From IMG/VR virus record IMGVR_UViG_3300036832_000330, positions 29,648 through 93,647 of that record: a stretch of 64,000 bases of DNA; one strand, given 5' to 3'. How positions within the stretch are numbered: the first letter of the stretch is position 1; each line of letters starts with the position of its first letter. The notes beneath the pieces are model-generated. The model had not been told where the DNA came from. It worked only from the letters and a program-made list of their open reading frames with translations, and made no database searches. Of the stretch, positions 29,552-38,531 are shown piece by piece. The translations under genes were made by a program, and so were the position numbers. Source of the DNA: a virus.

Positions 29552-30009
29552 GGCCATACCGCGGTGGGATAGACATCGATCAGCCGGCGGCGGTACCTGT
29601 CGTAGGGCACCCAGACCGGCTGACCGGTGCGCTCGATCTCCTGCTGGATGTCCCAGTAGCGGTCGTAGCGGCGGCGATAGCGTGCCCGCACCGCCAGGTA
29701 CCAGAGGGCGTAGATAGGCAGGGCCACGAAGACGAAGACGGCGTCGACTCCACCGAAGACCGCCGCGCTGCCGAAGGCGATGAGCATGCCGGTGTACCAG
29801 CGTTCCCAGTGGTGCTTCTGGCTCTGCATCAGGGCTTCGCATCCGTAGGGATCCATGTAGCGCCCTAGTCTGCGCCGGCTCTTGACCTGGCGGAACGAGG
29901 GGGCTGGCGGCTTGGGAGAGCCGCGTAGCCCAGCCCAGTAGCTCTGAGAGTCGAGGAGGTAGCCGGCGTACTTCGGGTTCTGTTGCGGTGGTGGTAGTTG
30001 GATTGCCAT
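29548..30009 (-). CDS. two-TM membrane protein
   Basis: TACCAT-N6-ATG start; two hydrophobic helices. Confidence 0.65.
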   Translation of the reverse strand: MAIQLPPPQQNPKYAGYLLDSQSYWAGLRGSPKPPAPSFRQVKSRRRLGRYMDPYGCEALMQSQKHHWERWYTGMLIAFGSAAVFGGVDAVFVFVALPIYALWYLAVRARYRRRYDRYWDIQQEIERTGQPVWVPYDRYRRRLIDVYPTAVWP

Positions 30010-30043
30010 GGCTACATGGTACCACATGTATGAGTGAACGTGG

Positions 30044-30211
30044 TCATGTTGCTAGGTCTTCTAGATTGATCTCGACCTTGCCCTTGACGAAGGCGTTGAT
30101 GAGCAGGACTTCGGAGTTCATCAGGTCAACGGGCCGAAGCACGGCAGTGCCGTACTCCGACTCGATCCTGATCCGCGGGTCAGTCTTGGGGGTCTGGATA
30201 GTGATCTTCAC
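30044..30211 (-). CDS. small hypothetical protein (55 aa)
   Basis: Read by hand (MKITIQTPKTDPRIRIE...); AAGGAGG RBS and GTGA overlap. Confidence 0.5.
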   Translation of the reverse strand: MKITIQTPKTDPRIRIESEYGTAVLRPVDLMNSEVLLINAFVKGKVEINLEDLAT

Positions 30212-30639
30212 GCCGCCTCCTTGTAGTAGTAGCCATACACGGCGCGGGTGCCGTCCCGGCTGGGATCACCAGTGTCATGGATGACCCCGTCGATGACGGC
30301 GGTGTAGTGCTTGGAGCAGGCCACTACGAGCCGGCCCATCGGTAGCTCGCCCTCCTTCAAGTGGACCGTGGTGCCACTGCCGATGCTCATGGTGGGCACC
30401 CATGTCCAGCCCAGTTGCTCCATGAACCGGCGGCATGTTCGCTTGGACACACCGTTGCGAGAGCTAGAGCGCGTTGTGCCCTTGCCGGGTCGCTCCAGCT
30501 TGACCACCTCGTTCATGGTCTCGTAGATGTTGTTGTAGCCAAGCTCGGTGGCGATGGCGATGGCTCGCACCACGCAGTCGCCCGCCGATCCTTTCCAGCC
30601 GGCAGCCTTGCGGCCACCGTCGTCGTAGACCCAGTTCAT
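30208..30639 (-). CDS. conserved phage protein with papain/C39-like Cys-His-Asp pattern
   Basis: GDCVVRAIAIA...KHYTAVIDGVIHDT. Confidence 0.65.
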   Translation of the reverse strand: MNWVYDDGGRKAAGWKGSAGDCVVRAIAIATELGYNNIYETMNEVVKLERPGKGTTRSSSRNGVSKRTCRRFMEQLGWTWVPTMSIGSGTTVHLKEGELPMGRLVVACSKHYTAVIDGVIHDTGDPSRDGTRAVYGYYYKEAA

Positions 30640-30896
30640 CGTGGCCTCTTCTTCAGCAGTGCCTTGGTCAGGGCCGCGCTCTGTGCCTGGAGAGCCTTCC
30701 TTTCCTCTTCAGTGAAGCGACTCTTCGGTGCGTTCTTTGCGTCTTCCCACTGGTAGGCGAGCTTGATGAGTTGACTGTCGGACATGGACTCCATGGAGTT
30801 GACTGTCTCCTCAGGGATCTCGGCGGTGACGAGGTCACCCTCCATCCCCCAGGTGCCAGTCTGTCGGTCAATGTATACGTGGTAGTTTTTTGCCAT
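30636..30896 (-). CDS. hypothetical protein
   Basis: TGGTAAACT-N6-ATG leaderless start. Confidence 0.65.
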   Translation of the reverse strand: MAKNYHVYIDRQTGTWGMEGDLVTAEIPEETVNSMESMSDSQLIKLAYQWEDAKNAPKSRFTEEERKALQAQSAALTKALLKKRPR

Positions 30897-31013
30897 GTGG
30901 ACAGTTTACCACACCGCATGTGAAGAGTGTTGGCAGCATGTGAGGTAGATTATGTGACGTACGTCACACCGGAACAGCGCACATCCATCTGCTCACTATG
31001 ATATGCTGTACTC
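30897..31013. promoter_or_regulatory. divergent leaderless promoters
   Basis: TAAACT (-) and TATGCT (+, 31002-31007), each 6 nt from an ATG; CATG-rich. Confidence 0.6.
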
Positions 31014-31253
31014 ATGGCTAACACCGATGACATCCGCAGGGAGATGATCGAGACCGGGCAACCGGCAGTCGATCTCGCTGCCACCATAATCACTGACCAA
31101 CCCACCTGGGACACCGACGCCCTGCGTCAGGAGTTTGAGGTGCTGGGCTTCGCCGCTCCCTTCGTCGTCGTTCGACGCAAGTCGGATGGTCAGAAGGGGT
31201 CGCTAGAGTTCACCCACAACCCGCGGGTGTACTTCAACTTCGTCGCTGACTGA
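31014..31253 (+). CDS. conserved hypothetical phage protein
   Basis: FEVLGFAAPFVVVRRKSDGQKGSLEFTHNPRVYF. Confidence 0.75.
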   Translation: MANTDDIRREMIETGQPAVDLAATIITDQPTWDTDALRQEFEVLGFAAPFVVVRRKSDGQKGSLEFTHNPRVYFNFVAD

Positions 31254-31261
31254 GAGGGTAG

Positions 31262-31579
31262 ATGGAACAGCCCACTTACGAGAGTGAGTTCCCCAAGCAT
31301 CTCGGCCCGCCTCCGGTTCCTAACGGGACCGGGGGCAAGCTGCACGATGCCACCAAGCCCACCTACCTGCTCCAGCTTGACTCTGGAGCCTTCATGGCTG
31401 TCTGGGAACACATGGAAGCTGAGGCACGGCACCGCTTCCCCACCAGGGGCACCTATGCCCACGCTCGCGCTTACCTGCGCGCCGTCGAGGCATTCCGCAA
31501 GTGCTACTGGGCCAACCACGAGGCCCCGGATCCTCCCAAGCCGACGCCGGTTCGCCGGCTGGTGAGGAGGGGACGATGA
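31262..31579 (+). CDS. hypothetical protein
   Basis: RBS; codon bias. Confidence 0.6.
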   Translation: MEQPTYESEFPKHLGPPPVPNGTGGKLHDATKPTYLLQLDSGAFMAVWEHMEAEARHRFPTRGTYAHARAYLRAVEAFRKCYWANHEAPDPPKPTPVRRLVRRGR

Positions 31580-31827
31580 GTGAACTGATGGTCACCATCC
31601 CTCACCCGTTCGGGGACGTGACCATGCCCTTCACCCAGGCAGAGGCCGTGGGCCAGTGCATCGAGAAGCTGGCCTTCAAAGGCAAGGAAGCCACCTGGCA
31701 CCGGGCCGAGTGCGCCTGCTGCATCGTCGTCCACGAGGCCGGCGTCGAACCCTGTTACGAGGGGTTCATCGTGGGCCGGGACGGTGCCTTCGACTGGGTC
31801 GAGCATGACCCAGTCGAAGAAAACTGA
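31576..31827 (+). CDS. hypothetical protein
   Basis: ATGA overlap, GAGGAGG RBS; starts MSELMVTIP. Confidence 0.6.
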   Translation: MSELMVTIPHPFGDVTMPFTQAEAVGQCIEKLAFKGKEATWHRAECACCIVVHEAGVEPCYEGFIVGRDGAFDWVEHDPVEEN

Positions 31828-32039
31828 GGGTGTAAGCAGGAGCTACCAGTAGTACCTCCGCGTGCCGGTGTAGCCGCCCCGGAAGGTCGGTGCCGCCCAG
31901 AACAGAGCTAGGCAGACGGCAGCCACGATCAGGATGACGCCGATGATCCAACTCACGAACAGCAAGCAGACCAAGCCGACGATGAGAAGCAATCCAGCTA
32001 GAGCCATGGGCAGTACTTACCCACAACTAGCCTTGGCAT

Positions 32040-32261
32040 ATGACTACTGCTCCCGCACCTGGACAGCCTGGTCAGCGTCGGTACTGGTACAACGCTCCCG
32101 CGGCGTACTCTCCCTTCCTCCGAGTGCTGGCCGTGGCATGTGTTATTGCCATCTTGATCGTCGGGATTCTCATCCTGGCTGACGACAAGGTGACCGTAGA
32201 CCGAGTGGCCTCAGGATTCATCGCCACCGGAGTCTTGGGAGCCATCCTGGTCTTCCTCTGA
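32040..32261 (+). CDS. small two-TM membrane protein
   Basis: Two hydrophobic helices. Confidence 0.5.
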   Translation: MTTAPAPGQPGQRRYWYNAPAAYSPFLRVLAVACVIAILIVGILILADDKVTVDRVASGFIATGVLGAILVFL

Positions 32262-32408
32262 GTCGCTGCCCTGGTCGGACTCTTCCAGACGGGCTACGAG
32301 ATCTTCCTTCTTGCCGGTCTTGGGCAGATCCCGCTCGGCTAGCTCGTCCTTCAACTCAGCCACGGTCTGGCTCTCGTAGGGGGTCTCGGTTTCGTTCTCT
32401 TCGGGCAT
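32211..32408 (-). CDS. small SAP/HeH-domain protein
   Basis: TVAELKDELAERDLPKTGKKEDLVARL; AGGAG RBS. Confidence 0.75.
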   Translation of the reverse strand: MPEENETETPYESQTVAELKDELAERDLPKTGKKEDLVARLEESDQGSDSEEDQDGSQDSGGDES

Positions 32409-32438
32409 GCCTCTACTCCTGCCCCTCTGGCCGGCGCG

Positions 32439-32696
32439 TCAATCAGCAGGGATCAGGTTCTCCAGCATGCCCAGGCACGCCTCCAGGTGCAGGCGTAGCT
32501 CCAGTAGCTGATCGAGTTGGGTCTCTCGGTCATCGGCAAGCTGTCGGTACCGGGAGATGGTCTGGCCGCACTGCATGAGGATCAGGTCGACCTCGTTGAC
32601 GAGTTCCGGCTCCCGCAGGGAGGCTGACCGGTCCCTGGCCTTCTTCCAGAACCCGGTGTCGCGTCGATCTCTTCGCCAGTCCTTAAGAACTGACAC
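32439..32696 (-). CDS. hypothetical helical protein
   Basis: In operon; codon bias. Confidence 0.6.
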   Translation of the reverse strand: MSVLKDWRRDRRDTGFWKKARDRSASLREPELVNEVDLILMQCGQTISRYRQLADDRETQLDQLLELRLHLEACLGMLENLIPAD

Positions 32697-33480
32697 TGGC
32701 TGACTTGCCCACCCTGACCAGGCGTCGCCGCTGTGGAAGCTCGGTGATGGTGGCTAGCTCGGGCTTGCTCACCCGCTTCTTGGCCTCTCGCTCCTTGAGC
32801 CGCCTGGCTCGGGCCTTCTCCAGTTCCCTCTGCTTGGCCTTGTCAGCCGCCCTGGCCTCCTTGGACCCCGGCACCAGGCCGTCCTTCCTGGGACGGCCAC
32901 GAGGCCGCTCGGAGGGGGTCTTGTTGGCTCCAGGAGGTGGGATGGAGAAGGCTGTCTTGGTGAAGGTGTGCCGGGGTCCGAACTTGGTCCGGGATCCCGG
33001 TGTGTTGAAGTCCAGGGTGGCCTTGGACTCCGACTCCAGGGGCACCGCCGGCAGGACGTACTGGGCCGGCTTGGTCTGCACCACGATCTTGAAGTCGCTG
33101 CCGGCCAGGGACAGGGCGTCCTGGACGTGAGCCGGCAGCCCGTTGGTTGGCCCGGTGTTGAAGATCGAGTTGGCCCACGCCTCGATGTCGGCCTGGGTCT
33201 TGATCTGCTTGTTCAGGAGGCCCTTGACCCTGATCCCCAGCTTCTCTAGTTGAGGGATGGTGTCAGGGAAGGCGGCTAGAAGCTCCAGGGCGTTCTGCCG
33301 CAGCTTGTCGACGCGCTCGGGGTTAGACGAGTACTCCATCCCCGGCCAGATGACGGCAGTGTTCCTGAACCACGTCCAGGTGCCCCCGTTGTAGACCGGG
33401 ATATAGCCCACTCTCCCCAGCTTGAGGCTGCCGTTGGAGGCAGTGATTTTTTGCCAAGCCTCAGTTCCGTTCAACTCCAC
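32683..33480 (-). CDS. AT-hook-containing basic protein
   Basis: RPRGRPRK motif and K/R-rich C-terminus. Confidence 0.65.
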   Translation of the reverse strand: MELNGTEAWQKITASNGSLKLGRVGYIPVYNGGTWTWFRNTAVIWPGMEYSSNPERVDKLRQNALELLAAFPDTIPQLEKLGIRVKGLLNKQIKTQADIEAWANSIFNTGPTNGLPAHVQDALSLAGSDFKIVVQTKPAQYVLPAVPLESESKATLDFNTPGSRTKFGPRHTFTKTAFSIPPPGANKTPSERPRGRPRKDGLVPGSKEARAADKAKQRELEKARARRLKEREAKKRVSKPELATITELPQRRRLVRVGKSASVSS

Positions 33481-33814
33481 TCTCCAGATCACTCGCTCTA
33501 GCCACGGCGTCATGCCAGTCCCGCTCCAGGGGGGAGTCGCTCAGGATACGGGGTGGTTTCCCACGAATCCAGACGCCTGACGCGTAGGCATGATGTTTTT
33601 TCCTGAGCATGATACCCAGGCCGTGCCGCCAAGGAGGAGTGATCTCTCGGGTCAGGGCTACGGAGAGCCGGCGTTGCCAGGGGTTGGGCTGGCCGCTCCA
33701 GAAGTAGAAAATCGACCAGGACTTGGTGTTGTCAGGAACTGAGGAAGCGTCGGGGAGGTGGGGTAGTACCCAGTCGTTTTCCTCTGGGTCTCGGCTGTCG
33801 GGGTGGATCTCCAA
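33461..33814 (-). CDS. hypothetical protein
   Basis: In operon; start uncertain. Confidence 0.5.
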   Translation of the reverse strand: MEIHPDSRDPEENDWVLPHLPDASSVPDNTKSWSIFYFWSGQPNPWQRRLSVALTREITPPWRHGLGIMLRKKHHAYASGVWIRGKPPRILSDSPLERDWHDAVARASDLESGVERN

Positions 33815-33922
33815 GAGCTTTTTCGTTCTCTTCCAGGGCCTGGTCGATCTGGGCTAAAAGAGCGTCGATCCGCTCATTCAGCACCGGGGCTTTTTTGGGC
33901 GGATCGCACTTCTTCGCCATGG

Positions 33923-34405
33923 CTACTCAATGCTCCCCCAGCCGCCTTGACCGTAGGGGTAAGCGTTCAGGACGGCGTTGATGTATCGCCCAGGAGACTC
34001 CACCCGCTTGAAGCGGTTCCAGATCCTGGGGGGCACGTTGGAGTAGTGCCAGGGTGTGCCATCGCGGAAAATGACCTCCAGTTGTTGCAGGTTCCGGGAG
34101 TAGCGCGCCTGGAGGGTCCGGGGTCTAGGAGGGTTGATCGTCCTGGTGGGCCAGTAGTAGTCCCAGGCCGGATCCGGGGTGGGGCCGAATGGCCCCTGGG
34201 TGCCGTGTGGCTCCTCGTCGGAGACCAGGGGGAAGTCCTCAGGCCGCACGTACTGGGGGTGCAGCTTGAGCATGGCGTTACGGGCGCGCTCCTCCCGTGC
34301 CTGGGAGTAGCTGTCGTAGCCGCGGGCCTTCTCCCGCTCGTTGCGGACTGCGTAGTAGCTGATGTCCCTCCGGGTCGCTTCGGCCCGGATGGACTCCCTG
34401 GGCAT
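33923..34405 (-). CDS. KTSC-domain protein
   Basis: ARY....LEVIFRDG..W.Y.NVP..W..F....SPGRYIN. Confidence 0.8.
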   Translation of the reverse strand: MPRESIRAEATRRDISYYAVRNEREKARGYDSYSQAREERARNAMLKLHPQYVRPEDFPLVSDEEPHGTQGPFGPTPDPAWDYYWPTRTINPPRPRTLQARYSRNLQQLEVIFRDGTPWHYSNVPPRIWNRFKRVESPGRYINAVLNAYPYGQGGWGSIE

Positions 34406-34408
34406 TGG

Positions 34409-34717
34409 CTAAGGCGCGGTCAGGCCAGGGAGGGAGGGCCTCATGACGGGCACCTGTGCCCCGGCGCTGTTGGCTACGAACGCCTTCTGGTCGGTCCAGC
34501 CCCCGAAGGGGTCGGTGGCGTTGACCGTGACCCAGTTGCCGGGGCTAGCCAGGCCGGGGTAGGGCGGGATCGAGGTGGTCATGTTGATGAGGTCGAAGAT
34601 CGGCCCCACACCGGGGAACACGGTGTTGCCCACATACGGGGTACCGGGCGGGTTGGGGGCAGTCGGTACCGATCCGCCGCCTTGTGCCGTCCAGGCCCGC
34701 CAGTCCACTACGCCCAT
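34409..34717 (-). CDS. Pro/Gly-rich hypothetical protein
   Basis: AAGGA RBS; codon bias. Confidence 0.55.
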   Translation of the reverse strand: MGVVDWRAWTAQGGGSVPTAPNPPGTPYVGNTVFPGVGPIFDLINMTTSIPPYPGLASPGNWVTVNATDPFGGWTDQKAFVANSAGAQVPVMRPSLPGLTAP

Positions 34718-34718
34718 G

Positions 34719-35060
34719 TCATCCTTCTTTCACTCGCTTGACGGGTGTGCCCTTCAGTCGGGCCAGATTGGCTCGGACGAGGTACAGATCCTTCAGCACC
34801 TCATCGATGATCTCGATCTGCCGGCCTGGGTCGGTCTCCTCCATCATCTGGCTCAGACCGCCCAGGACGTTCCTGGTCCGATGCTCCCAGGACAGCATTG
34901 GCTCCTTGGGCTTGACGGCTCGGGCCGGATGCTCCTGGTCGAAATGTGCTTGCACGTCGGCGTCGATGGCGGTGTTGCACAGGTAGCAGAACCCGTGGGC
35001 AACCTGAGCATCGGACACGAGATCCAGCCTAGGTGGCCGGGGTGGCGCGACCTGGGGCAC
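34719..35060 (-). CDS. C2H2-like Zn-finger protein
   Basis: CYLC...HFDQEH. Confidence 0.55.
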   Translation of the reverse strand: MPQVAPPRPPRLDLVSDAQVAHGFCYLCNTAIDADVQAHFDQEHPARAVKPKEPMLSWEHRTRNVLGGLSQMMEETDPGRQIEIIDEVLKDLYLVRANLARLKGTPVKRVKEG

Positions 35061-35073
35061 CTAGGCTTGGGGC

Positions 35074-35343
35074 GTGTCGATCCCATTCTCAACCCAGCAG
35101 TTTGAGAAAAAACCAAACCGGAAAATGCCCCGGACTACCGTGCGTTTAGACAAGGTCGTTGCTACTCAAGGGAAGCTGGACTCGGCCAAGGTGCAGAGCA
35201 TCGCCCAGAGAGGGGCTGATGACGGCACTGATCCTCTGGTAGCCCCGTTCCGGGGCAAGTACTACGTCCTCGATGGTCACCACCGGGTGGCTGGGGCCAT
35301 GGAGCGCGGTGACACCAAGATCAAGGTCAGACGGGTCAAGTGA
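35074..35343 (+). CDS. ParB/Srx-like N-terminal domain protein
   Basis: VVATQ..PLV..GKYYVLDGHHR; TAGGCT-N6-GTG start. Confidence 0.8.
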   Translation: MSIPFSTQQFEKKPNRKMPRTTVRLDKVVATQGKLDSAKVQSIAQRGADDGTDPLVAPFRGKYYVLDGHHRVAGAMERGDTKIKVRRVK

Positions 35344-35561
35344 GAAAGGTTAGCAAGGCGAAGCTTCTCGAGGGCCGCACCCCACGGGCCACCAACATCA
35401 GCCAGTTCTACGACGGGGCCAACGGCTCTCGTCACCCTGGTGACTGGCCCAGCCTCCTACGCCGGTCCTGGGAGCTTCGCTACGGCCAGACCCAGCCCTA
35501 CCCCTACGGCCCGGACAATGTCCAGAGTCCGGGATCCAGAGCCAGCCAGTACACAAGCTGA
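35340..35561 (+). CDS. hypothetical protein
   Basis: GTGA/TGATG coupling on both sides. Confidence 0.55.
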   Translation: MRKVSKAKLLEGRTPRATNISQFYDGANGSRHPGDWPSLLRRSWELRYGQTQPYPYGPDNVQSPGSRASQYTS

Positions 35562-36085
35562 TGGCAAGCAGACGCCGCCAACGGGCTAAGACGATGGCCC
35601 GTCAACGTGAGAACGTGCTGGTGATCCATCCCAGTCACACCGGGATTCCTGGTGGTGTAGGTGAAGCCCTGCACAAGGTGGCAGCCCAGGAACCTGATGT
35701 CAGATTCGGCTGGCGGAAGAGGGATGAGCACGAAGCAGTAATCCACGCTTCGATTCCTGACGCTGACGAGCGTGCCGGGATCGGGCACATGACCTGGCAC
35801 GCCGGTCCTGCCAAGCCCGAACGCGTCAGGACGAATAGGTATGGTGAGGAAGTCCGTGATCCTGCGGTGGGTCAGGGTGAGATCGATGAGCTACACGTCG
35901 ATTCGGCCTATCGTCGGCAGGGCATCGCCTCAGCCATGTGGCACGTCAGCCGCCAGTTGCTGCCCTACGTCGCGCCTGAGCATTCGCCTCACCGGACCAA
36001 GAAGGGTGACGCCTGGGCGCGGGCCGTGGGAGGCCCTCTGCCCAAGCAGCAAGAAGCCGCCTGGAACCCGCTGAGGGACGACTGA
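35561..36085 (+). CDS. GNAT-family acetyltransferase
   Basis: EIDELHVDSAYRRQGIASAM; HSPHRTKKGDAWA. Confidence 0.85.
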   Translation: MASRRRQRAKTMARQRENVLVIHPSHTGIPGGVGEALHKVAAQEPDVRFGWRKRDEHEAVIHASIPDADERAGIGHMTWHAGPAKPERVRTNRYGEEVRDPAVGQGEIDELHVDSAYRRQGIASAMWHVSRQLLPYVAPEHSPHRTKKGDAWARAVGGPLPKQQEAAWNPLRDD

Positions 36086-36609
36086 TGAGCGTGGCCCTGG
36101 TCGCTATCGAGGGTGTCCTGGGGGAGAGCAGTGTCCTCCACGGCTTCTATCCCATCGTGGACGGGGTCAAGCTGGCCCACGCCTTGCGCTCGGGCTACCG
36201 GCTGTTCTTCAGCAGCGTCCAGGCCGGCGCGGAGGCGGTCGAACATTGGCTGCATATCAACGGCATGACCCAGCCGGCCTTCTACGAGAACTTGATAATC
36301 AGGGACTCAAGATGGACCGATTTGTCCGATTCTCAGCTTCGGGCAGAGCATGCTGCTCACTTGAGGCGTCTGGGGGTCGACCTGGGCCTGGTGGTGTCGG
36401 GAGACCCGGCCACTGTCCTCCTGGTGAGTGAGATGGGTGTGCCATCGCTGCTGTTCTCCAACCCGGCCTACCGCTGGGGGGAGTACCGGCCTGACCGCAA
36501 GAGGCTGCCCAAGCCCTGGCAGGACATCGATAACGAGATGGTCCGACAGATGGAGCTAAAGGCCGGTGATCCCCGGCTCTCTGACGAGGAACAGGTGGAG
36601 CGCATATGA
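36085..36609 (+). CDS. HAD-like fold protein (degenerate motif I)
   Basis: VALVAIEGVL in place of hhhDxDGVL; PI.DG..L; D...V......GVPSLLF. Confidence 0.6.
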   Translation: MSVALVAIEGVLGESSVLHGFYPIVDGVKLAHALRSGYRLFFSSVQAGAEAVEHWLHINGMTQPAFYENLIIRDSRWTDLSDSQLRAEHAAHLRRLGVDLGLVVSGDPATVLLVSEMGVPSLLFSNPAYRWGEYRPDRKRLPKPWQDIDNEMVRQMELKAGDPRLSDEEQVERI

Positions 36610-36833
36610 GCATAGGTGCCATCAGTGAAAAGCAGTTCAACACCCAGAGGTCGCTCCTGGCCCAGGGCAACTCGGATGAGTTGGCTACCCAGGTGCGCGG
36701 TACCCAGACCATGACCTCCAATATCTTTCGGCCCTCCTTCTACCATGACCTCACCACGGTGCGCGGCATGCCCTCTGGCACCCAGTTCAAGATGGGGGGA
36801 GCGGGTGAGGAAGAGGGAGAAGAGGGGATGTGA
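36606..36833 (+). CDS. small hypothetical protein
   Basis: ATGA coupling; N-terminus MSIGAISEKQF. Confidence 0.55.
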   Translation: MSIGAISEKQFNTQRSLLAQGNSDELATQVRGTQTMTSNIFRPSFYHDLTTVRGMPSGTQFKMGGAGEEEGEEGM

Positions 36834-37612
36834 GCCAGCGCGCCCTCAACGCGGAGCAGTTCGGACGTACCGCCTCCCAGGTGGGATACGAGGAGGGTCG
36901 GAGCAGGCCCGATTTTCGTCGGTTGAGTGAGGCTCATAAGGCCAAGGGCGGCAATGTCGCAGATGCCTGGACACCTCATATCCAGGGGCAACTCTTCGAC
37001 CCGGCTGAGCTTCCTTCGATCCCCGCCCACCACCAGCTTCCTGAGCAGTTCGCTGCTGATCCCCAGACGTGGTTCCATGCTCGGGTCATGAAGGAGGCCC
37101 AGCCCAAGGCCCCCAAGGGGGCAGGGGCAGAGGGCTTTCACGCCGGCACCCGGCTCTCAGCCATGCAGCGTCTTCGGTTCAACGTCAAGCGCAGGGGCCT
37201 GAAGGAGGGCCTGGTTGGTCGCGTGTTCCCGCTACGGGCTACTGGGGACTTTGAGGAGGGGTTCCAACGGGAGCCAGAACCCACCAAGAACCCCTTCCGA
37301 AAGGGTCCGGGCAGTATCCGCCACACTGGCCTGGGCGGGGCCGAGAAGGGCTATCGGTACAAGAACGCGGTGGAGGACGAAGGCTCTATATCCATAGGTG
37401 CCCCCCAACGGGCCGGCTTCCTGTCCACCCACAAGGAGATGGTGGGTGCTGCCAAGGCCCGTGGTGAGTATGTCCACCCCAACGTGGAGTGGGCTGCCAA
37501 GCATTACCCCGAACACACCGGAGAAGTGGCAGCGCGCTCTGAGCCGTCCCGGTATTGGTCGCCTCCCGTGACAAACGAGCAGCAGTTCTGGCCTGGTCAG
37601 GGGTACAAATGA
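36830..37612 (+). CDS. ADP-ribosyltransferase-like (polyvalent-protein ART type) with MSQRALNAEQF leader
   Basis: WFHA...GFHAGT..SA..R...YRYKNAVEDEGSIS pattern. Confidence 0.5.
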   Translation: MSQRALNAEQFGRTASQVGYEEGRSRPDFRRLSEAHKAKGGNVADAWTPHIQGQLFDPAELPSIPAHHQLPEQFAADPQTWFHARVMKEAQPKAPKGAGAEGFHAGTRLSAMQRLRFNVKRRGLKEGLVGRVFPLRATGDFEEGFQREPEPTKNPFRKGPGSIRHTGLGGAEKGYRYKNAVEDEGSISIGAPQRAGFLSTHKEMVGAAKARGEYVHPNVEWAAKHYPEHTGEVAARSEPSRYWSPPVTNEQQFWPGQGYK

Positions 37613-38055
37613 GCCACCAGGCACTCAACCCGGAGCAGTTCCAGATGTTCAAGGCCAACCCGAAGGAGATGGGTGGTCGACCGACTCATACCGTCGAGGC
37701 ATGGGCACCTGAGCATGTTGGCACCGACTGGGCCAAGGCCCGCCCTGAGGAGCGGGAGCATTATGCCGGCTCAAGCGCGGACCCCGGTCATCGACCCATG
37801 GGATCGATCTCTTGGCACCACAAGACCGGTGAGATCCTGGGCATGTACGTTGACCCTGCACACCAGCGTCAGGGTGTGGCAACGGCTATGTACCGCCATG
37901 CTCATAGTGTCGCTACCGAGACCAGGGGCGTAACGCCACCACGGCACTCCTCGTTCCGTACCACCTCTGGGGAAGCCTGGGCGCGCTCTCTAGGGGAGCG
38001 TCTACCGAAGCATTTGCAGCTTCATGGGACTCTCGGGGAATGGCAGCCGGCGTGA
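37609..38055 (+). CDS. GNAT-family acetyltransferase with MSHQALNPEQF leader
   Basis: EILGMYVDPAHQRQGVATAM; HSSFRTTSGEAWA; ATGA overlap. Confidence 0.85.
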   Translation: MSHQALNPEQFQMFKANPKEMGGRPTHTVEAWAPEHVGTDWAKARPEEREHYAGSSADPGHRPMGSISWHHKTGEILGMYVDPAHQRQGVATAMYRHAHSVATETRGVTPPRHSSFRTTSGEAWARSLGERLPKHLQLHGTLGEWQPA

Positions 38056-38531
38056 GCCATGATGCGCCCTGGGGTTACGACAAGTGGACCCACACGCAGG
38101 TCATCCCCAAGCCGCCTCCGATCCGGTGGAGGTGGCACTTGGGGCCGGTGGCCCCGAAGCAGCACCAACCCATACCTGGGTTCCCAGGAATCCCATATAC
38201 AGGAAATGAGGACGTACTCATGCAACTGACCGCTGACCAGCAGGTTGAGCTTTCCATCAGCGGACAAGACAACTATGGCAACCCGGTGAATATCACCGGC
38301 AATACCTCCTGGTCTTCCTCCGACACCTCGATTGTCTCGGTGAACATGACCGACTCCTCCCACGCCACCGCAACCGCCGTAGGCCCCATTGGCTCCGCGG
38401 CAGTGACGGTCACCAACGATGTCGACCAGGACGGGACCGGCGACTTCATCGGCAGCCTTGCCATTGACGTGGTGGCCGGGAACATGACCGAGATCACCAT
38501 CACGGCAGGGACGCCCACCACCAAGCCGTAA
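38052..38531 (+). CDS. Ig-like domain protein
   Basis: D.YGNPV....WSSSDTSIVSV...GSA.VTV. Confidence 0.65.
   Translation: MSHDAPWGYDKWTHTQVIPKPPPIRWRWHLGPVAPKQHQPIPGFPGIPYTGNEDVLMQLTADQQVELSISGQDNYGNPVNITGNTSWSSSDTSIVSVNMTDSSHATATAVGPIGSAAVTVTNDVDQDGTGDFIGSLAIDVVAGNMTEITITAGTPTTKP

Noticed and set aside
35074-35103. Frameshifted copy of the LNPEQF tag (ctcaacccagcagttt)
   Set aside because: The frame reading MSIPFSTQQF is intact and has a well-spaced -10; the 2-nt-deletion resemblance may be chance, so it is kept only as a weak variant.
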